Of a DNA stretch of 64,000 nucleotides, positions 40,441 to 50,651 are shown piece after piece. The notes under the pieces are model-generated. The model saw only the letters and a program-made list of their open reading frames with translations. It did no database searches and had not been told where the DNA came from. The stretch lies in assembly GCA_963827655.1 (NCBI GenBank), contig CAWHCF010000052.1, positions 119,979 through 183,978 on the forward strand. Reading direction: 5' to 3'. The first letter of the stretch is position 1, and the number at the start of each line of letters is the position of its first letter. Position numbers and translations under genes: made by a program. Source of the DNA: an uncultured Acidobacteriota bacterium. GTDB taxonomy: Bacteria; Acidobacteriota; UBA6911.

Positions 40441-43254
40441 ATGCTGACCATCCGCGCTATGTCCGACGGAAAGGGATATTCCTGCAGGCATCTCGAGCAT
40501 AGCGACTATTATGCCGAAGGCGAGCGGGTGCGGGGTTTCTGGCACGGACGTGGAGCGAAGCTCCTCGGTCTAGATGGCGAAACGAGATCCGACGACTTCG
40601 AATCTCTGCGCCAGGGGCTCGAGCCCGGCACGGGAAAGTTCCTGCGCCAGAGAAAGAGCGCCGATCGGATTGCCTCCGACGGAACGACTCTGTCGCAAGG
40701 AAGGAATCTCTACGACTTTACCATCTCCGCACCCAAATCGGTTTCGGTCATGGCCATTCTCGGCGGCGATGCGCGCCTCCTCGAGGCTCATGAAAGAGCG
40801 GTACATGCAGCACTCGAGGAACTCGAGTCGCATGCTGCCGCCCGAGTGCGCCGGTCGGGCGCAAACACGAACCGGACGACCGGCAATCTAGTCCTTGCCG
40901 TCTATCACCACGACACCAGCCGTGAGCTCGATCCTCAGCTCCACACCCATGCCGTGGCCGCCAACCTCACCTACGACGGCACGGAAGGCCGCTGGAAGGC
41001 TCTCCAGGCCTCCGAAATCTACGAGCGCAGGTCCTACCTCACCGAAGTCTACCGCAACGCCCTGGCGCGCGAGGTGCGTTCGCTCGGATACGATATCGAG
41101 AATCGACTCGACCGCAGGGGGCGAGATTGCGGTTTCGAGATTCGTGGCATCTCCGAGGACGTCCTAACCAAATTCAGCCGCCGGAGCCGGCAACGGGACG
41201 AAGCGATTCGCCGCTTCACGGCAAGAAACGGGCGGCCGCCGACCGACAACGAAGTAGCCGTTCTCGTCCGGGAGTCCCGCGCCGACAAGCTGATTGAAAT
41301 CTCGACAGCCGATTTGCGCGTGCGCCAGCGCGAGCGGCTGGATCCTAACGAAGCTCGCCTGCTCGCCGACTTGAAGCCTGAAACACCCTGCAACACAATC
41401 AACCGTGCGCCCGCCGAAGTTTCGCTCGAGTATGCGAAAGATCATGTCTTCGAACGGGTCTCGGTCGCGCGCGGTCACGAGATTCTCGCTGAGGCCCTCC
41501 GCCACGGCAGAGGACAGATCAGCCACGAGGAACTGACAGGCGCACTCTCCCTCCAGAAACTCTCGGGCAAGATCCTGCACCACGGCGAGGATCTTGCGAC
41601 CATCGAAAGCCTCGCGCGCGAGCGGGAAATGATCCGCGCCATCAATCGAGGTATTGGCGGATGCGAACCGTTGGGGAAATCCGCCCGATTCGTGCCTTCC
41701 GATCGTCTGAACCCGGAACAGAAGCAGACGGTGGACTTCGTGCTCAGCTCGCGCGATAGAGCCGTGAACATCAGCGGAGCGGCCGGTACCGGTAAAACCG
41801 CCACCCTTCAGGGACTTCGGCAGGGATTGATCTCAGCCGGCCGGGGAATCGTAGCCGTTGCGCCGACCATGAGCGCCGTCGAAGAACTGCAGAGAGTCGG
41901 CATGAAAGATTCCATGACGATCGAGAGATTGCTGCAGGATCCACAATCCCAGGCCGACCTGGCCGGCAAGGTCCTGATTGTCGACGAGGCAGGAATGGTC
42001 TCAGGAAGACAGATGTCGCAACTCCTTCAGCTTGCCGCACGGGATTCGATCCGTCTTATATTCAGCGGGGATACGAAACAGATCCAAAGCGTCGAATCCT
42101 GCGACGCACTGAGGATCCTCGAGAAGGAATCCCGACTGAAGACAGTATCCCTGACTCATGTGCAAAGACAAATGGCGCCGGATTATCGCAAGGCGATTCA
42201 GGAACTGCGTCGGGATCCCGCAGCCGGGATTGAAAAGCTCGATGCCATGGGAGCAGTGCGGGAGGTTCCCTGGCTGGACCGCCCTCAGGCGGTGGCTCGA
42301 GCCTTTGCCGAACTCCAATCCCGGGGACGAAAACCGCTCGTCGTATGCGCCACCCATGAGGAGATCGATCGCGTCACGGAGGCAATCCGCCTGGAGAGAA
42401 AGACTGCGGGCCGGCTTCGTAAAGGCCGTGAGCTCTTACGCGATGTTTCGCTGAACTGGACCGCCGCCCAGAAGAGCGATATCCGCAACCTCCGCCCGGG
42501 ACAGTTCCTGGGATTTCACCGCGCTGTCAAAGGCATCGCAAAGTACGAAACCCTCGAGGTTCTCCGGGTCGAAGGAACGAATGTGATAGTTCGGAATGAC
42601 CACGGAGCGCAGCGGCAAGTCACCGGTAAGCAGTGCAAGTCTTTTGACGTGTTTGAAAGGCGGTCGATCGAAGTCGCCCCCGGCGACAGGCTCCAGATTA
42701 CCGCCAATCGCCGGCGTCCTGGCTTTCGTGTCACAAACGGCGAAATCGTCACCGTCAAAACGGTCGATCGTAACGGGCGAATTCATTTTCAGGACGGCCG
42801 TAGCACTCCGGGCAATTTCCGACAGTTCTCGTATGGTTACGCCGTAACCGCCCATCGCAGCCAGGGCAAGTCCGTCGACTCGGTCATCATCTCGGCCGAC
42901 GGCATGAAGAGGGAGCTGTTTTATGTCGCCGCATCCCGCGGCAAGAAGAGCGCGGTCATTATCACGAGCGACAAGCAGCTGCTCCGTGACGCGGTCGGCC
43001 GTTCAACCGCGAGACAATCCGCAACGGAGCTTGCACAGAAGTTAAGGCCGGAATTGCATCAGGAAATCCTCCGGGGCCTGGATGCCGCCCGAAGACTCGC
43101 AACCTGGGCCGCCCGGCACCTGTCTCCTGTTTTCCGGATCTCAAAACCGGCGCCCCATCTGGACCTGGGACAAAAGCCCCATGCGGCGCCATCCCATGAG
43201 ACGAAACGCCAAATCATTAGGGAGCAAAGCCATGACCACGACCTCAGCCTATGA
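40441..43254 (+). CDS. MOBF relaxase-helicase (TrwC/TraI family)
   Basis: DYY, YDFTISAPKSVS, HDTSRELDPQLHTH, GAAGTGKT, DEAG, TAHRSQG. Confidence 0.95.
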   Translation: MLTIRAMSDGKGYSCRHLEHSDYYAEGERVRGFWHGRGAKLLGLDGETRSDDFESLRQGLEPGTGKFLRQRKSADRIASDGTTLSQGRNLYDFTISAPKSVSVMAILGGDARLLEAHERAVHAALEELESHAAARVRRSGANTNRTTGNLVLAVYHHDTSRELDPQLHTHAVAANLTYDGTEGRWKALQASEIYERRSYLTEVYRNALAREVRSLGYDIENRLDRRGRDCGFEIRGISEDVLTKFSRRSRQRDEAIRRFTARNGRPPTDNEVAVLVRESRADKLIEISTADLRVRQRERLDPNEARLLADLKPETPCNTINRAPAEVSLEYAKDHVFERVSVARGHEILAEALRHGRGQISHEELTGALSLQKLSGKILHHGEDLATIESLAREREMIRAINRGIGGCEPLGKSARFVPSDRLNPEQKQTVDFVLSSRDRAVNISGAAGTGKTATLQGLRQGLISAGRGIVAVAPTMSAVEELQRVGMKDSMTIERLLQDPQSQADLAGKVLIVDEAGMVSGRQMSQLLQLAARDSIRLIFSGDTKQIQSVESCDALRILEKESRLKTVSLTHVQRQMAPDYRKAIQELRRDPAAGIEKLDAMGAVREVPWLDRPQAVARAFAELQSRGRKPLVVCATHEEIDRVTEAIRLERKTAGRLRKGRELLRDVSLNWTAAQKSDIRNLRPGQFLGFHRAVKGIAKYETLEVLRVEGTNVIVRNDHGAQRQVTGKQCKSFDVFERRSIEVAPGDRLQITANRRRPGFRVTNGEIVTVKTVDRNGRIHFQDGRSTPGNFRQFSYGYAVTAHRSQGKSVDSVIISADGMKRELFYVAASRGKKSAVIITSDKQLLRDAVGRSTARQSATELAQKLRPELHQEILRGLDAARRLATWAARHLSPVFRISKPAPHLDLGQKPHAAPSHETKRQIIREQSHDHDLSL

Positions 43255-43552
43255 CTCTCAACCCTGGACCGTCGAAGCTCACGACCACCCCCTGGGTCTC
43301 GAAATCCAGCTCTTGAGACGCACCTTCGTGCTCCCATGGACCCAGTTTCTGTACGCCGAAGGTGGCAACGAGGAAATCCGCCTCGCCTTCAGTACCCATG
43401 ATGTGGTGGTGAAGGGCTCTCATCTCGAGTCACTACTCGCAGGCCTGTCAGCCCAACGCGTGAGCCGCTTGCGGGAGTCCGTAAGGGCCGACCGATTCTC
43501 ATCCGGCGCCACGCTGCAGATCAGCGCGATTTCGGTCCAAAAGGTGACGTAG
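43232..43552 (+). CDS. Small hypothetical protein overlapping the relaxase 3' end
   Basis: ATG 43232 with GGAG RBS; globular composition (LPWTQFLYAEG). Confidence 0.65.
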   Translation: MTTTSAYDSQPWTVEAHDHPLGLEIQLLRRTFVLPWTQFLYAEGGNEEIRLAFSTHDVVVKGSHLESLLAGLSAQRVSRLRESVRADRFSSGATLQISAISVQKVT

Positions 43553-43649
43553 CGAACGCATGTTTTTCCGATGCCCGTCCGCATGCATTAGAAAGACACC
43601 ATCCCTTAGCCTCCGGCTAAGGATTTCGCGACCAGCAGCGCAAACCGTT

Positions 43650-43715
43650 TTGTTCGACACTTGTTCGATGTCTGTTCGAAGATTGTTCGATATTTGTTCG
43701 ACGTTCGTTCGATGC
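43650..43715 (+). repeat. Six tandem 11-bp direct repeats (iteron-like; candidate oriT-accessory sites)
   Basis: tTGTTCGAcac tTGTTCGAtgt cTGTTCGAaga tTGTTCGAtat tTGTTCGAcgt tcGTTCGAtgc. Confidence 0.9.
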
Positions 43716-43753
43716 CCATTATGCCTTCCTTTGCGCTTTTGCTAGAGATTTGA

Positions 43754-44203
43754 ATGGATGATTTTGAGGAAATCCTGAACGGCCTGTCGGCAAAGCCGGG
43801 CCGTTCGCGACTTGAACCGTACGGCAGCTTGATCGACAAGCTGCTCAGAAGCGGGCGGACCTACAGGGAAATCGCCGGGATCCTGGCAGAGAAATGCCAT
43901 GTCCACATTGCATTCAGTACTATCCATCATTTCGTTCGAAAGCGGTCGAGAGCCAAGCGGAAGGCGTCCCAACGCGTACGCCCAAATATCCGCTCGCGTT
44001 CGAAATCGCGCGCTGAAGTCCGAAATGAAGAGAAGGAGGGACCGGCAGCCGAAATGATCCCTTCGGACGACGTATATCAGCGAATAGCCGCACTCAAAAA
44101 GCAGCCGGCATCACCACCGGAAACCGCCAAGGTATTTCACTATGATCCTGACGAACCCCTTCACCTGCATGAAAAGATCAAACCGATGAAATCTGGAAAG
44201 TGA
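43754..44203 (+). CDS. HTH DNA-binding protein, TraK/StbA-like
   Basis: SRLEPYGSLIDKLLRSGRTYREIAGIL...STIHHFV, basic disordered tail, C-terminal FHYDP. Confidence 0.65.
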   Translation: MDDFEEILNGLSAKPGRSRLEPYGSLIDKLLRSGRTYREIAGILAEKCHVHIAFSTIHHFVRKRSRAKRKASQRVRPNIRSRSKSRAEVRNEEKEGPAAEMIPSDDVYQRIAALKKQPASPPETAKVFHYDPDEPLHLHEKIKPMKSGK

Positions 44204-44435
44204 TTAAAGATTCGTACTCAACCGCTCTTGTTCTCCAAGGATTTGACTGACACGTCCATTTGGACAAAAGTAGCCGAAGCGCTTGTCGGGTCCGCTGAAT
44301 GATCATGCATCCACGCTGACATGATCCTGCATTCCGATCAAAGGAGGATGGCCGTGACTGCGTGACCATTCGGTCCTTTCATTCTTTGAGACAAGATCAC
44401 TCGATCCTTTGGTGCAGGAAGATATTCGACAACAC

Positions 44436-44465
44436 TTGAACCATGTGTACCTTTTAAGGTACAGT
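44436..44465 (+). promoter_or_regulatory. TA promoter overlapped by a palindromic operator
   Basis: TTGAAC-N18-TACAGT overlapping TGTACCTTTTAAGGTACA. Confidence 0.6.
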
Positions 44466-44485
44466 AATATCGTTGATCGGTTCAA

Positions 44486-44839
44486 ATGAAAAAGCCATCG
44501 CAGAAGATCATTCCAGCGGCATTCTACTGCACAGAAACGGGAACCGAGCCTGTACGCGAGTGGCTCAAAGGACTGAGTGTCGAAGACCGCCGCATCATCG
44601 GCACTGATATCAGAACGGTAGAATTCGGCTGGCCCGTAGGCATGCCGGTCTGCCGGCCCATGGGCCATGGTCTATTCGAAGTCCGCGTCACGCTCACCGG
44701 GAAAAGAATTGCCCGGATACTGTTCTGCATTCACGAAGGGACCATGGTGCTTCTTCACGGATTTGTGAAGAAGACCAGTAAAACGCCGGACGGCGATTTG
44801 GCTCTCGCCCTGAAACGCAAAGCGGAGGTTGAGAGATGA
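44486..44839 (+). CDS. RelE/ParE (Gp49-like) type II toxin
   Basis: GTEPVREWL, GWPVGMP, LFEVR, LLHGFVKKT. Confidence 0.9.
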   Translation: MKKPSQKIIPAAFYCTETGTEPVREWLKGLSVEDRRIIGTDIRTVEFGWPVGMPVCRPMGHGLFEVRVTLTGKRIARILFCIHEGTMVLLHGFVKKTSKTPDGDLALALKRKAEVER

Positions 44840-45138
44840 AGCGAAAGCATGTTGGATCCTTCTTTGACGACTACCTCAAGGAAGAAGGGATTTACGAGGA
44901 GGCGACCAGCCATGCCATGAAACGTCTCATCGCGTGGCAGCTTGCCGAGGCGATGAAGGCGAGGAAGATTTCCAAAGCGGAAATGGCCCGCCGCCTTAGA
45001 ACCAGCCGGACTCAAGTTGCACGCTGTCTCGATCCCGAAAACAGCAGGGTCCAGCTCGACACCATTCAGAAAGCTGCTGCCATCCTCGGCAAGCGCCTGG
45101 TCCTCAGACTTGAAGATCTCCCCCGTTCAGTAGCCTGA
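44836..45138 (+). CDS. XRE HTH antitoxin (HigA-like)
   Basis: HVGSFFDDYL, SKAEMARRLRTSRTQV; overlaps the toxin stop. Confidence 0.88.
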   Translation: MKRKHVGSFFDDYLKEEGIYEEATSHAMKRLIAWQLAEAMKARKISKAEMARRLRTSRTQVARCLDPENSRVQLDTIQKAAAILGKRLVLRLEDLPRSVA

Positions 45139-45229
45139 ACAGCTTATAAGCATTTCTATTCGGGAAGGCAGAGGGGAATCGACAGAACGAGGGGCAAGGG
45201 GGGCGCGTTTGCGCTTCCACAGCGGGGGG

Positions 45230-46192
45230 TTATGAATAACCCTTCGCGACCAGCACGAAGGCGTCGAGCAAGAGACCGGAGGGCGAGTACTTGACCACGG
45301 AAGTGTTGAACCCCGCCTCGGGACCGCTCCAGCCCCACGCGAGCATCAAGAGATCGCCGTTGGCGTCGAAGCGCAGCGCGTCGCCTTCGTCATGTCCGTA
45401 GTAGTAGGTCTCCTCGTCGTAGCGCTGGGCCCAGAGGAAGTTGCCCTGCAGGTCGTAGAGCACGGTAGCAGCCGACGTTTCGATGATCTCACCGCCCGCG
45501 TCGTACTTGGCGACGAAAAGGTCGCGCGAGACGCCGGTGATGTCGCCGCCGGCGTAGATGTCGCCCGCTGCATCCACGGCGATTCCCCAGCAGGCATCGG
45601 TGGAATTGCCCGAGCCGTTGATGCGATCCAGCCAGACGAGCGCGCCGCTCGGCGAGTACTTGATAACGACCCAGTCGTACCCCGTGCCGGCACCCGTCGA
45701 GTACCCGCCGCCGACGACGTTGCCGGCGGGATCGACGCCGAGCGAGCGGCCCCCGAACACGCCGTCCTCGTCGTTCCCCGGGCCGTTGTGGCGCCGCACC
45801 CATTGCAGGGTCCCGGCCGGATCGTATTTCAGCGTGACGAGGTCATTGCCGGTGCCGATGCCGACCGAATCGCCCGCGACGATGGCGTTGCCCGCTGCGT
45901 CGACCTCGACGACCCAGCCGTAGTCAGGACCGCCGCCGCCGCCGGAGTAGGTGCGCGTCCAGAGCTTGGTGCCGTTCGGGTTGAACTTCGTGAGGAAGAT
46001 GACACCCACGCCCGCGGCATTCGTCGAGGATCCCGTCATGTAGACGTTCCCGGCGCCGTCGATCGCCGAGGCGATGCCGTAGTCATCGAGGTTGAGGACG
46101 TTGTGGTACTTGATCCAGATCGGATTGAGCTGGGCTTCCGCCAGGCCCGCGACAGCGAGCGAAGCGGCGCAGAGGGAAAAAAAGCGCTTCAT
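45230..46192 (-). pseudogene. Secreted beta-propeller (SBBP-like repeat) protein, C-terminally truncated
   Basis: Signal peptide MKRFFSLCAASLAVAGLAEA; repeats 'AVDAAGN.Y..G.S...D...KYD..G...W'; ends abruptly at the GC shift near 45240. Confidence 0.75.
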
Positions 46193-46389
46193 GGTTTGGG
46201 CTCCTGGTCCCGAGGGGTGCAGTCCGTGGGGCGCGGACAGTGCCCTAGCGGCCTGCCGTCGCGAGCAAGGAGATCCGGGAGGCTCGTCGCGCGTCTCACG
46301 GCAAATCGGTTCGCCGGACAAAAAGCCAAGGCATGCCCGCTGCCTGGCCGATGGTGAACCCCGCGGCCGGCGCCGTGGTCGTGACCCCC

Positions 46390-47574
46390 TCAGAGGGTGA
46401 TCCGGAACAGCGGCTGGATGTTCGCTTCCGGCGCGAGGTCCTGGTAGGCGAGCACGGGCACGCCGGGAAGCACATCGCGCACGAGCTGCCAGAGCGCGTA
46501 GCGGCTCGCGGCACCGACGAGCAGCGGGACCTCGCGCCTCGGACTCGCAAGGGGAGGGGAGGGAAGCTCCGCTTCGATCTCTACCAGCAAGCGGTCGATC
46601 TCGCCCTCGCTGAGCGTGCGGTCCCTGACTCCCCGCTCGAGCGAAGGCTCGATGAGCCCCACGGCGATGGTCCATTCGGGCGCATAGAGCCGCAAGCCCC
46701 ACGACTCGCGGAAGCGGAAGTCGAGCTTTTGAGAGCTGTAGCGGTTGGCATGGAACGATTTGAAGCCCTCGCGGACGCACTGGGCCAGGGCGTGCGCCGG
46801 CAGGTCTTCCAGGCTCTCGGTCGACCACGCGACGCCGAGCGCGGGCGGTGCGAACACAATGAAGGCATCGAGCTCCGGAGGGCACACGCAGTTCGTCGCG
46901 AGCAGCGACTCGCAGATCACGCGCGGGTGCGTGAGCGGCACACCCTCGTCCACAAGGCAGCGGACGACCGCGGTCAACCGCGAGAGGTCGAACCGGTCGC
47001 GCACCGCTGCGGCGACGCGCGGTCGATGACGTTCCACGCGAGCGAGGAGCGCAAGCACCTCGGCCTCGCCGACGAGCCGTGCCGCGGCGCGACGCAGCAC
47101 GCCATGAGCCGAATGGCTCCCGCGACGGTCTTCCTGCGGCTCGTCCAGCACCGGGCTCAGGAGCCCGGAGATCTGGAGCCGCGGGCCGGGCTCGAGCCCC
47201 TCCGGCACGGGCCTCGCAGCGGCCGGCCGCACGGCGATCCCGAGCGACCGTTCCAGCTCGGCGAGCTGCGCTGGATCGAGGCCGCCGAGGCACGCGACCG
47301 ATGCGCCCACGGCCGAGGCCGGCTGACGCTCCAAGAGGGACCAGAACATCGTCCAGGCGATCGCGCGCGCGAGGTCCGCGCCGCCGGCGGGCCATGGGGC
47401 GCTCGGGAGCCGCACCCGCAGGCCGTCGATTTCGACCCGACGGTCGCCGCCGGCGACGAGCAGCTGTGCCTTCGGTTCCAGGGACGCCAGAACCGCGTCC
47501 GCCTCTCGGCGCACAAGGTCGAGGACCTCCGGCGTGGCCGCCGGCACGAGCACGCGAACCTCGGCGGGCGTCAC
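46390..47574 (-). CDS. Soluble FHIPEP (FlhA/SctV cytoplasmic domain-like) protein
   Basis: 'LVGEAEVLALLARVERHRPRV...VVRCLVDEGVPL...ICESLL' and C-terminal 'SRYALWQLV...PVLAYQDLAPEANIQPLFRI'; no TM segments. Confidence 0.8.
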   Translation of the reverse strand: MTPAEVRVLVPAATPEVLDLVRREADAVLASLEPKAQLLVAGGDRRVEIDGLRVRLPSAPWPAGGADLARAIAWTMFWSLLERQPASAVGASVACLGGLDPAQLAELERSLGIAVRPAAARPVPEGLEPGPRLQISGLLSPVLDEPQEDRRGSHSAHGVLRRAAARLVGEAEVLALLARVERHRPRVAAAVRDRFDLSRLTAVVRCLVDEGVPLTHPRVICESLLATNCVCPPELDAFIVFAPPALGVAWSTESLEDLPAHALAQCVREGFKSFHANRYSSQKLDFRFRESWGLRLYAPEWTIAVGLIEPSLERGVRDRTLSEGEIDRLLVEIEAELPSPPLASPRREVPLLVGAASRYALWQLVRDVLPGVPVLAYQDLAPEANIQPLFRITL

Positions 47575-50500
47575 GCGTCTCCTCCGTCGACTTCGTCGAG
47601 AGTGACGATCACGCGCTCTCGCATCCAGTCGTCGAGCTCGCGCCAGGCGACCACCGGCAAGTGCGGAAACTCGAGCTCGACCAGGGCCCGCATGTGGGGG
47701 CGAATGTCCGGGTTCTCAACGAGCACCGCGACCCACCCCGAGTCCTCGAGGCTCTGCACCGCGGTGCGTACGGCGGCGAGGAACTCCTGAGTGACTTCCG
47801 GCTCGATCGCCAGCACCGCTTGACCGTTCAGCGTGCGCAGCCGCTTGGCAAGCATCGCCTCGGTGACCGGCGTGAGGCGTAGGTACCGCGTTCTCCAGGA
47901 CAATCCGGGGAGCCCATACCGCACTGCATCATGGCAGCGGACGCGTTCGGCGATGGCGGCGACGGACTCGCTGCGGCTCATGCCGTCGCGCAGACCCTCC
48001 ACGATGGCCGGCATCGAGCGCACCGGCACTCGTTCCTGGAGCAGCGCCCGTACCACCGAGGTGAGCGGCGTCAGCCACTGCGACGCGACCGTGGCGGCCT
48101 CTTCCTCCGGCAGGTGGATTCCGAGGAGGTCCGCGACGTCCTGGTGCGACAGGAAGCCGCCGAGGCGTGCCTCGAGGATGGCCTGGACGTGCAACCTGAG
48201 CGCGAAGGGCGCCTCGCTCGCGAAGATATGGGCTGCCCTGAGCGCGTCCGCGTGCTCCTTCTGGATCCAGGCGGCCGGGCGCCCGTTCAGCGGGTTGTTC
48301 GTCGCTTCGAACGGGATGCCGGCCTGGGCGAGCTGCTCGCGCTGCCCGTGCACGAACAGCGCGTCGAGCGGCAGCTGCATCCCCGCGATCGCGACCTGAT
48401 CCACGCGGACGAGGTAGGTGCGTTCGGGCAAGGGAGAGGGGCGCAGCGCGATCGGCGGCAGCGCGACGCCGTAGGTCTCCCAGAGGTGCCAGCGCAGCCG
48501 CCGCAGCTCCTGCGCGAGCGCGCCGCCGTCCGGCGACGCGAGCCCCTGGTCCAACTCGGGTGCAAGCTCCACCGTGAGCTCGGCGACGTCCGCGATCGTC
48601 CGGCTGCGGAGCTCGTTCTCCACCCAGCGCCGGTTGGCGAGGCTCCGCGCGCGCTGGGCGAAAGCGAATGCGTGCGGCAGCGCGGCTTGCTCGAACGGGC
48701 GCGGGGTACCGGCGCGAAGTGCTCGCGGCTCGCCTCGAACTCGCCGTCCTCGCACAGGAGCTCGGCGAGCTCGAGGTGGACGACGGCTGCCTCGTCCGCG
48801 CCCACCGTGCCGTTCGCCGCGAGCAGCGCGAGCGCATCGCCGAGGGCCGTGCGAGCGAGGCTGTTCTGCTCGCGCGAGCGCTGCTGCCGCGCAAGCCGGA
48901 CCAAGAGCCCGGCGGCGAGCACCGGCTCCGCGGCGGCTCCGGGCGCGCCGTCCACGGCCGGCCGCACGTGCGAGTACAGCTCGTCGCGCTCTGCGGCCTC
49001 GAGCCCCGACTCGTAGGGGAAGCCGGCCTCGAGCAAGCGCAGAGCGGCGATCGACCAGCTCCGCTGCGCGGCGCCGTCCATCCTGGCCCGCGTGACCGCC
49101 TGCACCAGCCGGTGCAGCGAGAGAGCCTCGCTCTCGACGCGCACCAGCGAGTAGCGGCGCAGCTCGGCGAGGGCATCATCGAAGGCGAGCTCGTCCTCGA
49201 TCGCTGCGCGCAGCGTGGCGGGCAAGGCGGCGGCCAGCTTTCCGAACAGCGCACGCGAGATCCGGTCGGGAGCGAGCCAGGCGAGGAGGCTCAGGAGCTC
49301 GGCGGCGACGACGTGACTTGCCTCGAGCGCTTGGAAGGAGAGCTCCCAGGTGCTCGCGACGGTGGCCGGGTAGTCGAGCACCTCGCCGCGGCTCAGTACC
49401 TCCACGCGCTTGCGCGCGAGTAGAGCGAGGTACTGGGCCAAGGACTTGCCCCCGCGCTCGGCATAGGCGCAGGCCTGCTCGAGCGCGAGCGGCAGCCTGT
49501 CGAGCAGGCGTGCGATCTCGCGCGCGCTGCCCGCATCGTCGCCGCCGTGGCGGGCGAGCAAGAAGGCAGTTGCGTCCTTGAGGGAGAGCGGCGAGAGCTC
49601 GCTCGCGACGGCGACGCCGGCCCAGCTCGGGTCGCGCGAGGTGACGATCACGTGCCCGCTCGCCAAGCGCGGCCGGTACTCCGTGAGCGCCGCGGCGCTT
49701 TGGGCGTTGTCGAAGATGAGCAGCCAGCGCCCGTTGCGGTCGAGCCAGTCGCGCACGGCGCGCACGCGGTCGCCTCGCTCGGGAGCCCGGGCCGCATCGA
49801 GGCCGAGGGCCGCTGCGAGGCCGGCGTAGTCGGCGGCGAGCGTCTCCGAATCCTCCGCGCGCAACCAGCAGACGACGTCATAGTCCGCTCTGTGCCGGTA
49901 GGCGAACTCGAGGGCGGTCTGCGTCTTGCCGATACCCCCAAGACCCGTGAGAGCCGCCGTGCGCGTCGTGGCGGCGGGATGGTTGAGGCGCGCATGCATC
50001 TCTGCTAGCAGGTCGTCGCGTCCCGTGAAGTGCGGGTTCTGCGCATAGGGCAGGCTGAAGATGCGCCGCGGCTCTTCCGGGCTGACGCCGGAGAACGAGA
50101 GCTTGTACTCGACCAAGGCGCTCTTGAGCTGCGCCCGGAACGTCGCAAGGTCCGCCTGTTCGTGTTCGAAGAATCCTGCTGGCTGACCGAGGGCCGCCCG
50201 GAAGGTGTCGATCCACTCCCGGCCTTTCTCGGTGGTCTCCCAGAGCTTGCCCGGCCAGGTGTCACGCGCCAGGAAGGCGAGCACGGGAATGCTCTTCTCG
50301 CGGGCATGGGCGAGCTCCAAGGCGGTGATCGACTGCTGGCCGTCGCCGCCTTCGTCCGCTCGCGGCACCCAGCCGCGGCGGAAGGCGACAAGCAGCACGA
50401 CGAGGTCGCACTCGGCCAGGCTCTCGCGACACATGGTCACGGTTGGGCGCGTGTCGGCGCCGCCGTGCTCGTTCAAGAGCTCCGGATGCCAGTGCAGATC

Positions 50501-50590
50501 GAGCACCACGTCGCGCGCCGCCTGGCGCCAGGCCTTCAGGTCTTCAGCCGTGGAGGAGATGAAGACGCGGAGCATCTGCGGCGAAGGCAT
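47571..50590 (-). CDS. DUF4062 + NB-ARC (STAND) + short TPR + FHIPEP fusion protein, frameshift at ~48700
   Basis: RVFISST.EDL...SITALE (DUF4062); FTGR, GLGGIGKT, LLIFDNA, IVTSR, LPLAL, LHRLVQ (NB-ARC); FlhA-like 'YGVALPPI', 'PLNGRPAAWI', 'LLQERVPVR', 'IRPHMRALV...LPVVAWREL'. Confidence 0.82.
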
Positions 50591-50651
50591 CGGGAACCGC
50601 GGTGTTCTAATGCGCCGCCGCGCCATCTCGCAAGTTGAGTCGCCGGGCAGC

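Noticed and set aside
43650-43715. Possible CRISPR array
   Set aside because: 11-bp period with no unique spacers and no cas genes
45210-45241. dif-like site at GGGGGGTTATGAATAAC
   Set aside because: Only a partial XerD-arm match and no XerC arm; kept only as a compositional junction
46193-47395. N-terminal ~400 aa of the 721-aa ORF 45230..47395, and + strand ORF 46333..47790
   Set aside because: Arg/Ala/Pro-rich shadow frames in high-GC DNA overlapping the real FHIPEP gene; the real propeller gene starts at 46192
46390-48755. Calling the FHIPEP ORFs flhA/sctV of a flagellum or T3SS
   Set aside because: No N-terminal TM export-gate domain and no other flagellar or T3SS genes; one copy is joined to an NB-ARC protein
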